The notes beneath the pieces were generated by a model that saw only the letters and a program-made list of their open reading frames with translations, made no database searches and was not told the DNA's origin. From the NCBI GenBank assembly GCA_017609105.1, contig JAFCEQ010000003.1:1-47459 (forward strand): a DNA stretch of 47,459 bases, read 5' to 3'. Both the position numbers and the translations under genes were made by a program. This document shows positions 9,524 through 19,103 of this stretch, in pieces. Source of the DNA: Candidatus Parvarchaeota archaeon. Lineage in GTDB: Archaea; Nanobdellota; Nanobdellia; JAFCGN01. The stretch's first letter is position 1. Each line of letters begins with the position of its first letter.

Positions 9524-11143
9524 ATGAATAATCAACAACCTATTTTTATCTTACCTGAAAGTGCTTTAAGAACTCAAGGAAAGGATGCGCAAAAATCAAA
9601 CATTGCTGCTGCAAGAGCAATAGCAGAAACAATTAGAACAACATTAGGTCCAAAAGGAATGGATAAAATGCTTGTGGATTCAATGGGAGATGTAGTAATA
9701 ACTAATGATGGAGTAACAATTCTTGAAGAAATGGAGATAGAGCACCCAGCAGCAAAAATGATGGTTGAAGTTGCAAAAACTCAGGAAGAAGAAATAGGTG
9801 ATGGAACAACAACTGCTGTTGTCATTGCAGGAGAACTTCTTAAACAAGCAGAAGAATTGCTTGAGCAAAATATTCATCCAAGCGTTCTTGCAAAAGGATA
9901 CAGATTAGCAGGAATTAAATCAAAAGAAGTTCTTGAACAATTAGGTAAGAAAATAGATAAAGAAAATAAAGAAATTCTTGAAAAAATTGCAATCACTGCA
10001 ATGACAGGTAAAAGTGCTGAAGCATCAAGACAACACCTTGCTAAACTAATAGTTGAAGCAATACAACAAGTTATAGAAGAAAAAAAAGACAAGATAATTG
10101 TTGATTTAAACAATATTAAAGTTGAGAAAAGAACAGGAGGAAGCATTGATGACAGTGAATTAGTGCATGGTGTTGTAATAGATAAAGAAAAAGTTCATTC
10201 AAACATGCCTACAAGCATTCCAATGGCAAAAATACTTTTATTAGATTCAGCACTTGAAGTAAAAGAAACAGAAAGTGAGGCGCAAATAAGAATAAACAGT
10301 CCTGAACAATTAAAGAATTTCATTCAACAAGAAGAAGCAATGCTTAAAGAAATGGCAGATGAAATAAAAAAACTTGGGGCAACAGTTGTTTTCTGTCAAA
10401 AAGGCATTGATGACATTGTTCAACACTATTTAGCAAAGCACGGAATACTTGCTGCAAGAAGAGTTAAAAAAAGTGATATGGAACAATTAAGTAAAGCAAC
10501 AGGTGCAAGAATAATCAGTAAATTAAAAGATGCAACAACAGAGGATTTAGGAAATGCAGGATTAGTTGAGGAAAGAAAAATAGCAGGAGAATCAATGATT
10601 TTCATAAGTGAGTGCAAAAATCCGAAAGCAGTAACAATACTAATAAGAGGAAGCACAGAACATGTTATAGATGAAGTTGAAAGAGCTGTTAAAGATGCTT
10701 TAGGAGATTTAAGTGCTGTAATTGAAAGCGGGATGGTCGTGGCAGGAGGCGGAGCTCCTGAAATGGAATTAGCAAAAGAGCTTAACTTATACGCTGAAGG
10801 CATAAGCGGAAGAGAACAATTAGCAGTAAAAGCATTTGCTAAAGCATTGGAAATAATACCAAGAACTCTTGCAGAAAACGCTGGAATTGATCCTTTAAAC
10901 ACGATTGTTGAATTAAAATCAAAACATGATAAAGGAGATAAATGGGCTGGAATAGAAGTAAATAAAGGAAAAACAACAAACATGTGGGAAGAAGGAGTTC
11001 TTGAACCCTTAAAAGTTAAACAACAAGCAATAACAAGTGCTACAGAAGTTGCAATAATGATACTAAGAATTGATGATGTAATAGCAAGCAGGAAAGAAAC
11101 TCCAGTTCAAGGACCTCAAATGCCACCACAAGGAATGTACTAA
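9524..11143 (+). CDS. ths: Thermosome (group II chaperonin) subunit
   Basis: [30 protein letters not shown]. Confidence 0.98.
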   Translation: MNNQQPIFILPESALRTQGKDAQKSNIAAARAIAETIRTTLGPKGMDKMLVDSMGDVVITNDGVTILEEMEIEHPAAKMMVEVAKTQEEEIGDGTTTAVVIAGELLKQAEELLEQNIHPSVLAKGYRLAGIKSKEVLEQLGKKIDKENKEILEKIAITAMTGKSAEASRQHLAKLIVEAIQQVIEEKKDKIIVDLNNIKVEKRTGGSIDDSELVHGVVIDKEKVHSNMPTSIPMAKILLLDSALEVKETESEAQIRINSPEQLKNFIQQEEAMLKEMADEIKKLGATVVFCQKGIDDIVQHYLAKHGILAARRVKKSDMEQLSKATGARIISKLKDATTEDLGNAGLVEERKIAGESMIFISECKNPKAVTILIRGSTEHVIDEVERAVKDALGDLSAVIESGMVVAGGGAPEMELAKELNLYAEGISGREQLAVKAFAKALEIIPRTLAENAGIDPLNTIVELKSKHDKGDKWAGIEVNKGKTTNMWEEGVLEPLKVKQQAITSATEVAIMILRIDDVIASRKETPVQGPQMPPQGMY

Positions 11144-11260
11144 AAACAATGCATCAATTAATTTTTTTAAATTTCCTTAATTATTTTTTTAATTATTTTT
11201 TTAATTAAAATCATAAAAGATTAGGAATTATTATAAATCTTTAATTCTTTATAATAAAAC

Positions 11261-11623
11261 ATGGCAAAGAATGGCATTGATTTAAGAAATTTAGAAGATA
11301 ATATAAGAAGATTAGATTCTCAAATAGAAGACATTAACAATCAAATGGAAAAAATGATTAGTGTAAACTTAACGCTTCAATCAAAAATCACAGAACTCAT
11401 GATAAAACAAATTGATTTAATAGAAAATTTGAAAAAAATGGTAGACCTCTTAGAAGAAGCAGGACAAGAAGAAGAGGAAAAAACAGATTTTATTACTCCT
11501 TTAAAAGAAACAATGGAAACTCTTGTATCAAAGCAAGATGAAATACTTACTGCATTACAAACAATTGATAAACACATTACAAGAGAGTACACAAGAGAAA
11601 TGCTTACAAAAGCCTTAAAATAG
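11261..11623 (+). CDS. Hypothetical coiled-coil protein
   Basis: 120 aa heptad-rich ORF with TATA-like sequence upstream. Confidence 0.65.
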   Translation: MAKNGIDLRNLEDNIRRLDSQIEDINNQMEKMISVNLTLQSKITELMIKQIDLIENLKKMVDLLEEAGQEEEEKTDFITPLKETMETLVSKQDEILTALQTIDKHITREYTREMLTKALK

Positions 11624-11701
11624 AATAAAATAACAAATTTCAGAACTAATACTCAGAAATTATTTAAATCACAAAATAATATAAAAATTAGGTGAATTTT
11701 T

Positions 11702-11944
11702 TTGAAAAAAAAGTCAAACAAGCCAAACATTAATCAAAAAATGAGTCTAGCAATTCTGTTGTTAATAACAATAGGAGGTTTTTTATTGTTCTCAAATGCA
11801 CAGTCATTCAGTCAAAGCACTTTAGAAATCGGCGTGTACAACCCGTGGACAACAATACAATCAATAATGACATGGATATCCTTAATTACATTAGTCATAA
11901 TATTAATAGAATTACAGGAAATCAGAAAAATAATGAAAAGGTGA
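11702..11944 (+). CDS. Small membrane protein at the head of the pilus locus
   Basis: GGTGA then TTG start. Signal-like N-terminus plus C-terminal TM. Confidence 0.7.
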   Translation: MKKKSNKPNINQKMSLAILLLITIGGFLLFSNAQSFSQSTLEIGVYNPWTTIQSIMTWISLITLVIILIELQEIRKIMKR

Positions 11945-11948
11945 AAGC

Positions 11949-12425
11949 ATGATGAAAAAAATTAATAAAAAAGGTATCACTCCTGTTATAGCAGTTGTCT
12001 TATTAATGATGATGACTGTTGCTGCTGCAGGTGCTGCTTACTTTTGGATAGTTGGTGTTCAAAGCAGCATACAAAGTGATACAGAAAATTTTATTGGAGA
12101 AGTTCTTGAAAGCCAGGAATTTGAAATAATTGACACTGTATGTGATTATAATGCAACCGATGTAACAAATGGTTCAGTAAGAGTAGTGATTTATAATTCA
12201 GGAAAAACTGCTTATGAAGAAGCGGACACAAGAATCTTTTTATTAAATAGTACAACAGGAACAACAAACCAAAGCATACAAGTTGATCCAACAAGTGTTG
12301 AAAAACAAAAAACATTAGAAATTATTGGTTATGGACTTACAATACCTGCTTCAAGCGAGTGGACTGTGAAACTTTCTATTGGCGGAACAACAAAAGAGAA
12401 ATCATGTGTTGCTGATAACACTTAA
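11949..12425 (+). CDS. Archaeal type IV pilin (probable major pilin)
   Basis: Class III signal KKG|ITPVIAVVLLMMMTVAAAG, with N-glycosylation sequons. Confidence 0.92.
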   Translation: MMKKINKKGITPVIAVVLLMMMTVAAAGAAYFWIVGVQSSIQSDTENFIGEVLESQEFEIIDTVCDYNATDVTNGSVRVVIYNSGKTAYEEADTRIFLLNSTTGTTNQSIQVDPTSVEKQKTLEIIGYGLTIPASSEWTVKLSIGGTTKEKSCVADNT

Positions 12426-12549
12426 GATTTTTCTTTAATTTTTTTCTTTAATTTTTTTGTTAAATAAAATTTTTGTTAAGTAATTGTTCAAGAATTTCTT
12501 ATATTCTTTTAGAAATCCTTATAATTCTGTGAAAGATTTATTTAAATTA

Positions 12550-13512
12550 ATGAGTAAAAATAATTTCTTTAAATCAAAAAAAATTATTAATAAAAAATGC
12601 CAAACTCAGATAGTTAGCACTGTTTTAATAACAGGGCTTCTTCTTTCAGTAGTTAGTGTGACTTATATTTGGGGCAAACCACTTATTCAAAAAGTAAGTG
12701 ATAATGCAAAAATAGAATCAAGAATAAATAAATTAAATGAAATTGATAAAGCAATAAAAGATGTTGCAGACACTGGTTCGCCAAATACTATAGAAATAAC
12801 TTTAGAAAATGATGAATCTATTTCAATTAATGATGAAGGAGAACTTGTTTACACTACAATAACAGCTGTTCCATTAGTTACAACTTATGATTGGGGTCCC
12901 ATTAATTTTGTTGAAAGCCCTTATACTAATGAGAAATACTCTGTTGACACCACTACTGCAATGTCAAGCGGGTATAAGCAATGCAAACCCACTAATGTTT
13001 ACAAAGGAGAAGTGAATTTAACATATAATTCTGAAGAAACAGAAGAATATAATGTGCTTGTTTTTAATGGAGAGAAAACACCATATTATGATTATGTGTG
13101 TTTAACAAAAGACTTAAATGATTTTGACTGCAACCAAAATTGCGGGTATGTTGATGAACCCATAATTTTAGGAAACACGTCTTTTCAAATATTTTATGTG
13201 AATGAAACAGGAAAAAGAGTGAATATTATTGGAAGAGAAATATTAAAAACAGGCGAGCTTGGAACTGATGACCCAGAAGGCATAATTGTTGGCAGAGCAA
13301 TTTTGAGCAATGAAAAATATTTTGTCACTTTCAAACTCGTTTATAGGCCTTTAAAAGACCCTAACACTGGTAATACGCACCAAATAATTCTTAATTGTGA
13401 AAAAGATTGTTTTGTTGGTCCAGGAGAGCATAATATTTATCTTTCCTTAATAGAAAAACCTCAAGGAACTTTAAGCACCAACGAATATAATATAAATATT
13501 AGAGTCATATAA
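12550..13512 (+). CDS. Pilin-like protein (minor pilin)
   Basis: KKC|QTQIVSTVLITGLLL..WGKPLI. Start moved to ATG 12550. Confidence 0.75.
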   Translation: MSKNNFFKSKKIINKKCQTQIVSTVLITGLLLSVVSVTYIWGKPLIQKVSDNAKIESRINKLNEIDKAIKDVADTGSPNTIEITLENDESISINDEGELVYTTITAVPLVTTYDWGPINFVESPYTNEKYSVDTTTAMSSGYKQCKPTNVYKGEVNLTYNSEETEEYNVLVFNGEKTPYYDYVCLTKDLNDFDCNQNCGYVDEPIILGNTSFQIFYVNETGKRVNIIGREILKTGELGTDDPEGIIVGRAILSNEKYFVTFKLVYRPLKDPNTGNTHQIILNCEKDCFVGPGEHNIYLSLIEKPQGTLSTNEYNINIRVI

Positions 13513-13518
13513 TTTAGT

Positions 13519-15270
13519 ATGGGTTTTAAATTAAAAAATGTTGGAAGAAAATTAGCTATTAACAAAAAAAAGAGGTATTCTAAAGAAAAAATTAAAAACT
13601 TAAAAGAAATTGAAGAAGAAAAAATTGAAAAACCTCAAAAAACATTTGAATCAAAAGAAAAATCAAGAATTCAGGAGAGAGGAGAAATCACTAAAGAATC
13701 TGAATCTGATTTAAAAACAATAGGCATAAGCGTTAATGAAAAAAAATTCACACCCACAACACTTACTCCTGAAAAAATTAAACAGCTTGAAAAAATTAAT
13801 GAAGTCATACCTCTTGTAACAATTGATTATAAAGGAACTCAACAAACACTTGTATACGCTAACATAAGATGGGATCCAACAATTTCTTCTTTAAGATATG
13901 ATTTAAAAGAACCTCCTTTAAGCAAACAAGAAGAACAAATCCTGAAAGAAACAAAAGTCCTTCTTCAAGAAAAATTAAATATTGATTTCAGCAAGATAAG
14001 GCTTGAAAAAGCATTCAAGTTTTTGATTGAAAAATTCTATCAAATTATTGATGAGCTTGGATACAAATTAACAGAAGACCAAAAAATCAGAATGCAATAC
14101 TATATTTACAGAGATTTTATGGGATTAGGGAAAATAGAACCCTTAATGCATGATGATAATATAGAAGATATAAGTTGTGATGGAGTAAATATTCCTATTT
14201 TTGTTTATCACAGAAATCCTTTATACGGGCAAATGAGAACTAACATAATATTTAGAAGCAAAGAGGAGTTAGATTCATTTGTTTTAAGGCTCTCTCAAAA
14301 AGCAGGTAAGGCTTTGACAATAGCAGACCCTTTATTAGAAGGTTCTCTTCCTGACGGTTCTCGTATACAAGCAACCTTAGGAACTGATATTGCGAGAAGA
14401 GGGAGTAATTTCACTATTCGTAAATTCACTAAAAAACCTATGACACCAACAGATTTACTGAACTATAATACGGGTTCTCCTGAAATGTTTGCGTACTTAT
14501 GGATGGCATTAGAAAATAGATTGTCAATTCTGGTTAGCGGAGGAACTGCAACTGGTAAAACAACATTCCTTAATGCATTAAGTTTATTCATTAAACCAGA
14601 ATTTAAGATAATTAGCATAGAAGACACTCCAGAATTAAGATTGCCTCACCCAAATTGGGTGCCTGTTGTCGCAAGAAGAGGGTATGGAAAAGAAGAATAT
14701 GGAGAAGTAAGCATGTTTAATCTTCTTAAAAGCTCATTAAGACAAAGACCTGATTACATTATAGTTGGTGAAGTGCGTGGAGAAGAAGCTTATGTCTTAT
14801 TTCAAGGAATGGCTACAGGACATTCAGGGTTAGGCACGCTTCACGCGGATAGCATTGAAGCTGTTATTGATAGACTTATAACAAAACCAATAAACTTGCC
14901 TAAAGCAATGATTGATAATTTAGACATTATTGTTTTTCTTGAATTAATTAGGAGAGAAGGAAGTTATGTTAGAAGGGTTGCTGAAATTCTTGAAATTGTA
15001 GGTTATGATTATAAAACACAAAAACTTAAAACAAATGTTGCTTTTGTTTGGGATCCAATAACAGATAAGTATATTTCAAAAAATTCTGTTCTTCTTGAAA
15101 AAATAAGAGTTAGAATGTCATATACTGAAGATAAAATAAAACAAGATATGCATAATAGAGTGAGATTATTGAATTGGTTAAAAGAAAATAATGTCAATGA
15201 TTACAAAGAAGTCACAAAATATATTTCAGCATATTATATCAATCCAGAATTAGTAATGAGTCAAATATAA
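13519..15270 (+). CDS. Type IV pilus assembly ATPase (PilB/ArlI/VirB11 family)
   Basis: IEDISCDG, FTIRKF, Walker A GGTATGKTT, SIEDTPE, LRQRPDYIIVGEVRG, TGH. Confidence 0.95.
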   Translation: MGFKLKNVGRKLAINKKKRYSKEKIKNLKEIEEEKIEKPQKTFESKEKSRIQERGEITKESESDLKTIGISVNEKKFTPTTLTPEKIKQLEKINEVIPLVTIDYKGTQQTLVYANIRWDPTISSLRYDLKEPPLSKQEEQILKETKVLLQEKLNIDFSKIRLEKAFKFLIEKFYQIIDELGYKLTEDQKIRMQYYIYRDFMGLGKIEPLMHDDNIEDISCDGVNIPIFVYHRNPLYGQMRTNIIFRSKEELDSFVLRLSQKAGKALTIADPLLEGSLPDGSRIQATLGTDIARRGSNFTIRKFTKKPMTPTDLLNYNTGSPEMFAYLWMALENRLSILVSGGTATGKTTFLNALSLFIKPEFKIISIEDTPELRLPHPNWVPVVARRGYGKEEYGEVSMFNLLKSSLRQRPDYIIVGEVRGEEAYVLFQGMATGHSGLGTLHADSIEAVIDRLITKPINLPKAMIDNLDIIVFLELIRREGSYVRRVAEILEIVGYDYKTQKLKTNVAFVWDPITDKYISKNSVLLEKIRVRMSYTEDKIKQDMHNRVRLLNWLKENNVNDYKEVTKYISAYYINPELVMSQI

Positions 15271-15279
15271 GGTGAAAAA

Positions 15280-16146
15280 ATGGGTTATGCAGAAACAAGT
15301 TACAGGTTATTAAAAAAAGTTTCAAACAAGTACGCTTACTTAATAGAGGACTTGAAAGAAGATTTGAAACAAGCAAACCTGAATTATACTATAGAAGAAT
15401 ATTTTTCAATGATGGTGTTCACAACCTTGGTATTATTAATAAGTGTTTTTTGCATTGGTGGCTTCATATTTTTCTTTGTAATGAGAAGCATAATAATTGC
15501 TTTTATTGGAGGTTTTCTTCTTTCCTTATTTATTACAATAATAACTATTGTAGCTTTCATTATATATCCTTCTCAATTAATGGACACAAGAAGAAAAAAA
15601 ATAGAAAATAATTTGTATTTTGCAGCAAATTACATGTCTACAATAAGCAGTAGTGGGTTGCCTGCTCAAAAAATATTTAAAGTAATGGGAAATTTTAGCG
15701 AATTTGGAGAAATTGCAAAAATATGCAGGAGAATTACAAGAGACATAGAAGTCTTTGGAATGAACGTAAATGAAGCTATTGAAAAAGTTGTTCAATTAAG
15801 TCCTTCAAAAAAATTAAACGAATTGCTTTGGGGAATGAGAGGTATCATCTTAGGAGGCGGGGATTTAAGCACTTATTTAAAAGAGAAATCTAAAAGTTTA
15901 TTAAATGATTATAGAAGGCTTTTAGAAGAATTTACTAGAAGCATTTCCCTTTATTTAGAAATTTATATTACACTTATCATGGTTGGAACTGTTTTTACAT
16001 TAGTTCTTACAACAATCATGAGCTTGCTTGGAGGGTATGTTAAACAACTCCAATTAGTTCAAATGATAATAGTAACAATAGGACTTCCGTTCATATCTGC
16101 CGTGTTTGTCCTCATGCTTAAAACAATAAATCCAACAGAAGCGTAA
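15280..16146 (+). CDS. Type IV pilus platform membrane protein (PilC/TadC, T2SSF)
   Basis: Multi-TM, SSGLP...FGEI...IEVFG...SPS. Directly follows the ATPase. Confidence 0.9.
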   Translation: MGYAETSYRLLKKVSNKYAYLIEDLKEDLKQANLNYTIEEYFSMMVFTTLVLLISVFCIGGFIFFFVMRSIIIAFIGGFLLSLFITIITIVAFIIYPSQLMDTRRKKIENNLYFAANYMSTISSSGLPAQKIFKVMGNFSEFGEIAKICRRITRDIEVFGMNVNEAIEKVVQLSPSKKLNELLWGMRGIILGGGDLSTYLKEKSKSLLNDYRRLLEEFTRSISLYLEIYITLIMVGTVFTLVLTTIMSLLGGYVKQLQLVQMIIVTIGLPFISAVFVLMLKTINPTEA

Positions 16147-16157
16147 GGTGATTAAAA

Positions 16158-17267
16158 ATAGAAAAAAAGAAAGTAATCATAATTTCAGTTATTACAGGAA
16201 TTATTGTATTTTTTTTAAGTTATGCTCTTTCAAGATTTACTTTGTCCGGCCTTCTTTATGGCATAGTATTCGGGTTAATAACAACTACTTTTCCTTACCT
16301 TATATTAGATTATCTTAGAGCAAAAAAAATAAGAGCATTAGAATTACAGTTTCCTGAATTCTTAAGAAATTTAGCAGAAAGCGTTAAAGCAGGAATGACT
16401 TTAACAAAAGCTATAGAAAACGCTGCAAAAACAGATTTTGGAGAACTAACACCGCACGTAAAAAAACTTCATAATCTGCTAAGTTGGGGCACGCCATTAC
16501 CTGAAGCAATAAATGTATTTAAAAAAGAAACAAAAGAATCAAAACACATACAAAGAGGGCTTTTAATAATTATGGAAGCATATTATTTCGGAGGGAATGT
16601 AGCGGAAATAATGGGTTCTGTTGCTGAAAGCACAAACAAAATAATCAATGTTGAAAAAGATAGAAAATCAATAATGGCTCAACAAACAAGTGTAATGTAT
16701 ATTGTTCAATTCATTTTTGTTGCAATCTTAATCGGGCTTTTTGTAGTATTAATTCCATTAGTTACTACTGAATATGGTGAAGAAGGAATTTCAGGGTTTT
16801 TAAGCAGAGAAAACTTGCCTTCTGTTAATTATTTTAGAACCTTGTTTTTCTTAACAATAGTCATACAATCAATAGCAAATGGAATCGTAGCAGGAGAAAC
16901 ACAAGAAGGAAGACTCAGTGCAGGCATTAAACACTCAGGGATTATGCTTACCATTGGATTACTCGCATACCTTATTTTCATTTACCCAATTAATTATTCA
17001 CTGAATGTAAGTCTTTCAAAAAACATTGTTTATCCTTCTGAAACCCTGGAGTTAATAGGACATTTTGAGAAAGAAGGAACAAAAGTTCAAGGAGTTATTG
17101 TGAATATAACTCTTAATGGAAAAAGCATTCAAAGCATAACAGATTCTAAAGGGGATTTCAGAGTAGATTTAAAAGCTCCTTCAAGAATTGGAGATTATAA
17201 TGTTTTGGTGGAGATTAAATATGAAAACAAGAAAATTATTCAAGAAGCAACACTCCAAGTCAGATAA
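16158..17267 (+). CDS. Second PilC/TadC platform protein with C-terminal Ig-like domain; probable ATA start
   Basis: FPEFLRNLAESVKAGMTL..A..DFGELT..SWG. The frame extends upstream of the track's TTG to ATA 16158, after GGTGA. Confidence 0.85.
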   Translation: MEKKKVIIISVITGIIVFFLSYALSRFTLSGLLYGIVFGLITTTFPYLILDYLRAKKIRALELQFPEFLRNLAESVKAGMTLTKAIENAAKTDFGELTPHVKKLHNLLSWGTPLPEAINVFKKETKESKHIQRGLLIIMEAYYFGGNVAEIMGSVAESTNKIINVEKDRKSIMAQQTSVMYIVQFIFVAILIGLFVVLIPLVTTEYGEEGISGFLSRENLPSVNYFRTLFFLTIVIQSIANGIVAGETQEGRLSAGIKHSGIMLTIGLLAYLIFIYPINYSLNVSLSKNIVYPSETLELIGHFEKEGTKVQGVIVNITLNGKSIQSITDSKGDFRVDLKAPSRIGDYNVLVEIKYENKKIIQEATLQVR

Positions 17268-18021
17268 AGCACAATTAGATATTGATTTATTATTAGCTTA
17301 TATTGTCTTTATTGCATTTATTGTATTCATAATTCGGTTTTCAATAAATCTTTTAACACCATACACTAATACTATTGATTTTTCAATACATCAAAGAAAT
17401 GCTTTAAAAGTTTATCACAATAGTATTCCTTCAGTGTTTGATTATAATGATTTATACAAATTATGTAATGTTAATGCAACTGAATTAAATGGTGTTAAAG
17501 TTATTTATAACATAAAAGGGGTTAAACTCCCTGCATGGGATGATTTAATTGAATACCCTAATAACACTGATGGAAAAATAATAATTTTAAGAAAAAATGA
17601 GAATCTTGAAATATTATTCGGAAGCAACTCAACAGAATACAATACAACATTAATAATGGTTTTCCCGCAATACTCTAATGTTTTTATTGAAAATGATTCA
17701 TTAGAAACTCAGGACTTAATATCCTTAGAAAAAGATTCATTTCAAAATGATGTTATTACAATAAATAGTAATGTTAAATCAAATGATTTAGACAAAGTTA
17801 TGATAAAAACAGATTCTAAAACAAGCCCTTTTTTTGTGTTTATTAGTGGAATATATGGGATTAATCATAATAGGGTTTTTGTTGGAAGCGCGAGCATTAA
17901 TGGTTCTTGCAGTTCAGGAGGAAGCGGGTATAAACAAGAATTATATGGTAATGCGTTAATGAATGTGAATGGAAGCGATACTATTGTGGAATTAACTCAA
18001 AAAACATGGTGGATTTCATGA
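17221..18021 (+). CDS. Class III signal peptide protein (minor pilin-like)
   Basis: DKA|QLDIDLLLAYIVFIAF. ATG 17221 follows GGTGGAG. Confidence 0.75.
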   Translation: MKTRKLFKKQHSKSDKAQLDIDLLLAYIVFIAFIVFIIRFSINLLTPYTNTIDFSIHQRNALKVYHNSIPSVFDYNDLYKLCNVNATELNGVKVIYNIKGVKLPAWDDLIEYPNNTDGKIIILRKNENLEILFGSNSTEYNTTLIMVFPQYSNVFIENDSLETQDLISLEKDSFQNDVITINSNVKSNDLDKVMIKTDSKTSPFFVFISGIYGINHNRVFVGSASINGSCSSGGSGYKQELYGNALMNVNGSDTIVELTQKTWWIS

Positions 18022-19103
18022 AAGAAAAAATAAAGAATAAAAAAGGATTCATAAGATTGTTAGAAGTGGTTGTAGCCTCAATGCTGCTTTTAGGATTGCT
18101 TAATTGGATGTCAGAAGAAGTGTATACTCCAAGTTTTGAATTAAAAACAAATCCTATTTACAAAGGGATTTCAATAATTGATTTAATGCATAATAGCAGG
18201 GTTTTAGAAACCTTATTAGAAAATTATGACTTACAAAGCATTGACTCTGAAATAACTTATCTTCTTCCAGTAAGAACTCCTCATAAAATTGAGGTAACAT
18301 ATGCTTCAGAATTTAAAATAAAAGAATTAAATGGAGAAAACTTAGAGAAAAACTATGGTATAACTTATAATTTTCCTACAAGCGTAGATAAAAATTCTAT
18401 TTTTTTAAGTGAAGAAACAAAACCCTTAGAAAGAAATGTTTTGTGGAATTCTTATGAAATAATTTTTTCAATAAGAAATAATAGAACAAGTAATTTAGTT
18501 AAAGAAAACATAACATTACTAAATATTCCAATAATAATTGATAATGGAAACATTCTTAGCAATGATAGTTTCGCGTTTTTCATAAAAAATGAGGAAGTGC
18601 CAATGAGTGTTGATAATCTAAAATCTTTAAACGGTAAATGGAATAATGTAAGTGCAAACATAACTTTTCAAATCCCGTTCTTAAAAGCAGGAGAATCAGT
18701 ATTATCTTACTTGTTTTATTCAGATAATACAACAATTTTCAATAATTCACAAAATTATCAAGAATTAACAAATAAGAAAAATGAAAATTATGTAAAAATA
18801 TTGAAGTTAACAAGCAAAAAAAGTTCAAGAGGAGATGTTTTATTTAAAACTAAATTAAATTCTTATGAAGAAAAGAAAATACTTCTTCAATACTCTTTGA
18901 ATACAAAAAAAAGCAATACTTACAGTAATATAATAACAATTAATAATACTGGAGTGAGAATAAATTTAACAGAAAACAATGTTAAAGAAGGAACACTCCC
19001 TCTTTACACTTCTTTGCCTACAACAACAACGTATAGTATTTCAAGAATAATTCCTTTAAAACAAAATTTAGCTGAAATAAAAATTTATTTGTGGTATATA
19101 TGA
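18018..19103 (+). CDS. Class III signal peptide protein (minor pilin-like)
   Basis: KKG|FIRLLEVVVASMLLLG. ATGA overlap with the previous gene. Confidence 0.8.
   Translation: MKEKIKNKKGFIRLLEVVVASMLLLGLLNWMSEEVYTPSFELKTNPIYKGISIIDLMHNSRVLETLLENYDLQSIDSEITYLLPVRTPHKIEVTYASEFKIKELNGENLEKNYGITYNFPTSVDKNSIFLSEETKPLERNVLWNSYEIIFSIRNNRTSNLVKENITLLNIPIIIDNGNILSNDSFAFFIKNEEVPMSVDNLKSLNGKWNNVSANITFQIPFLKAGESVLSYLFYSDNTTIFNNSQNYQELTNKKNENYVKILKLTSKKSSRGDVLFKTKLNSYEEKKILLQYSLNTKKSNTYSNIITINNTGVRINLTENNVKEGTLPLYTSLPTTTTYSISRIIPLKQNLAEIKIYLWYI

Noticed and set aside
11949-17267. Archaellum operon
   Set aside because: There are no ArlH/ArlF/ArlG-like genes, and two short platform genes replace a single ArlJ.
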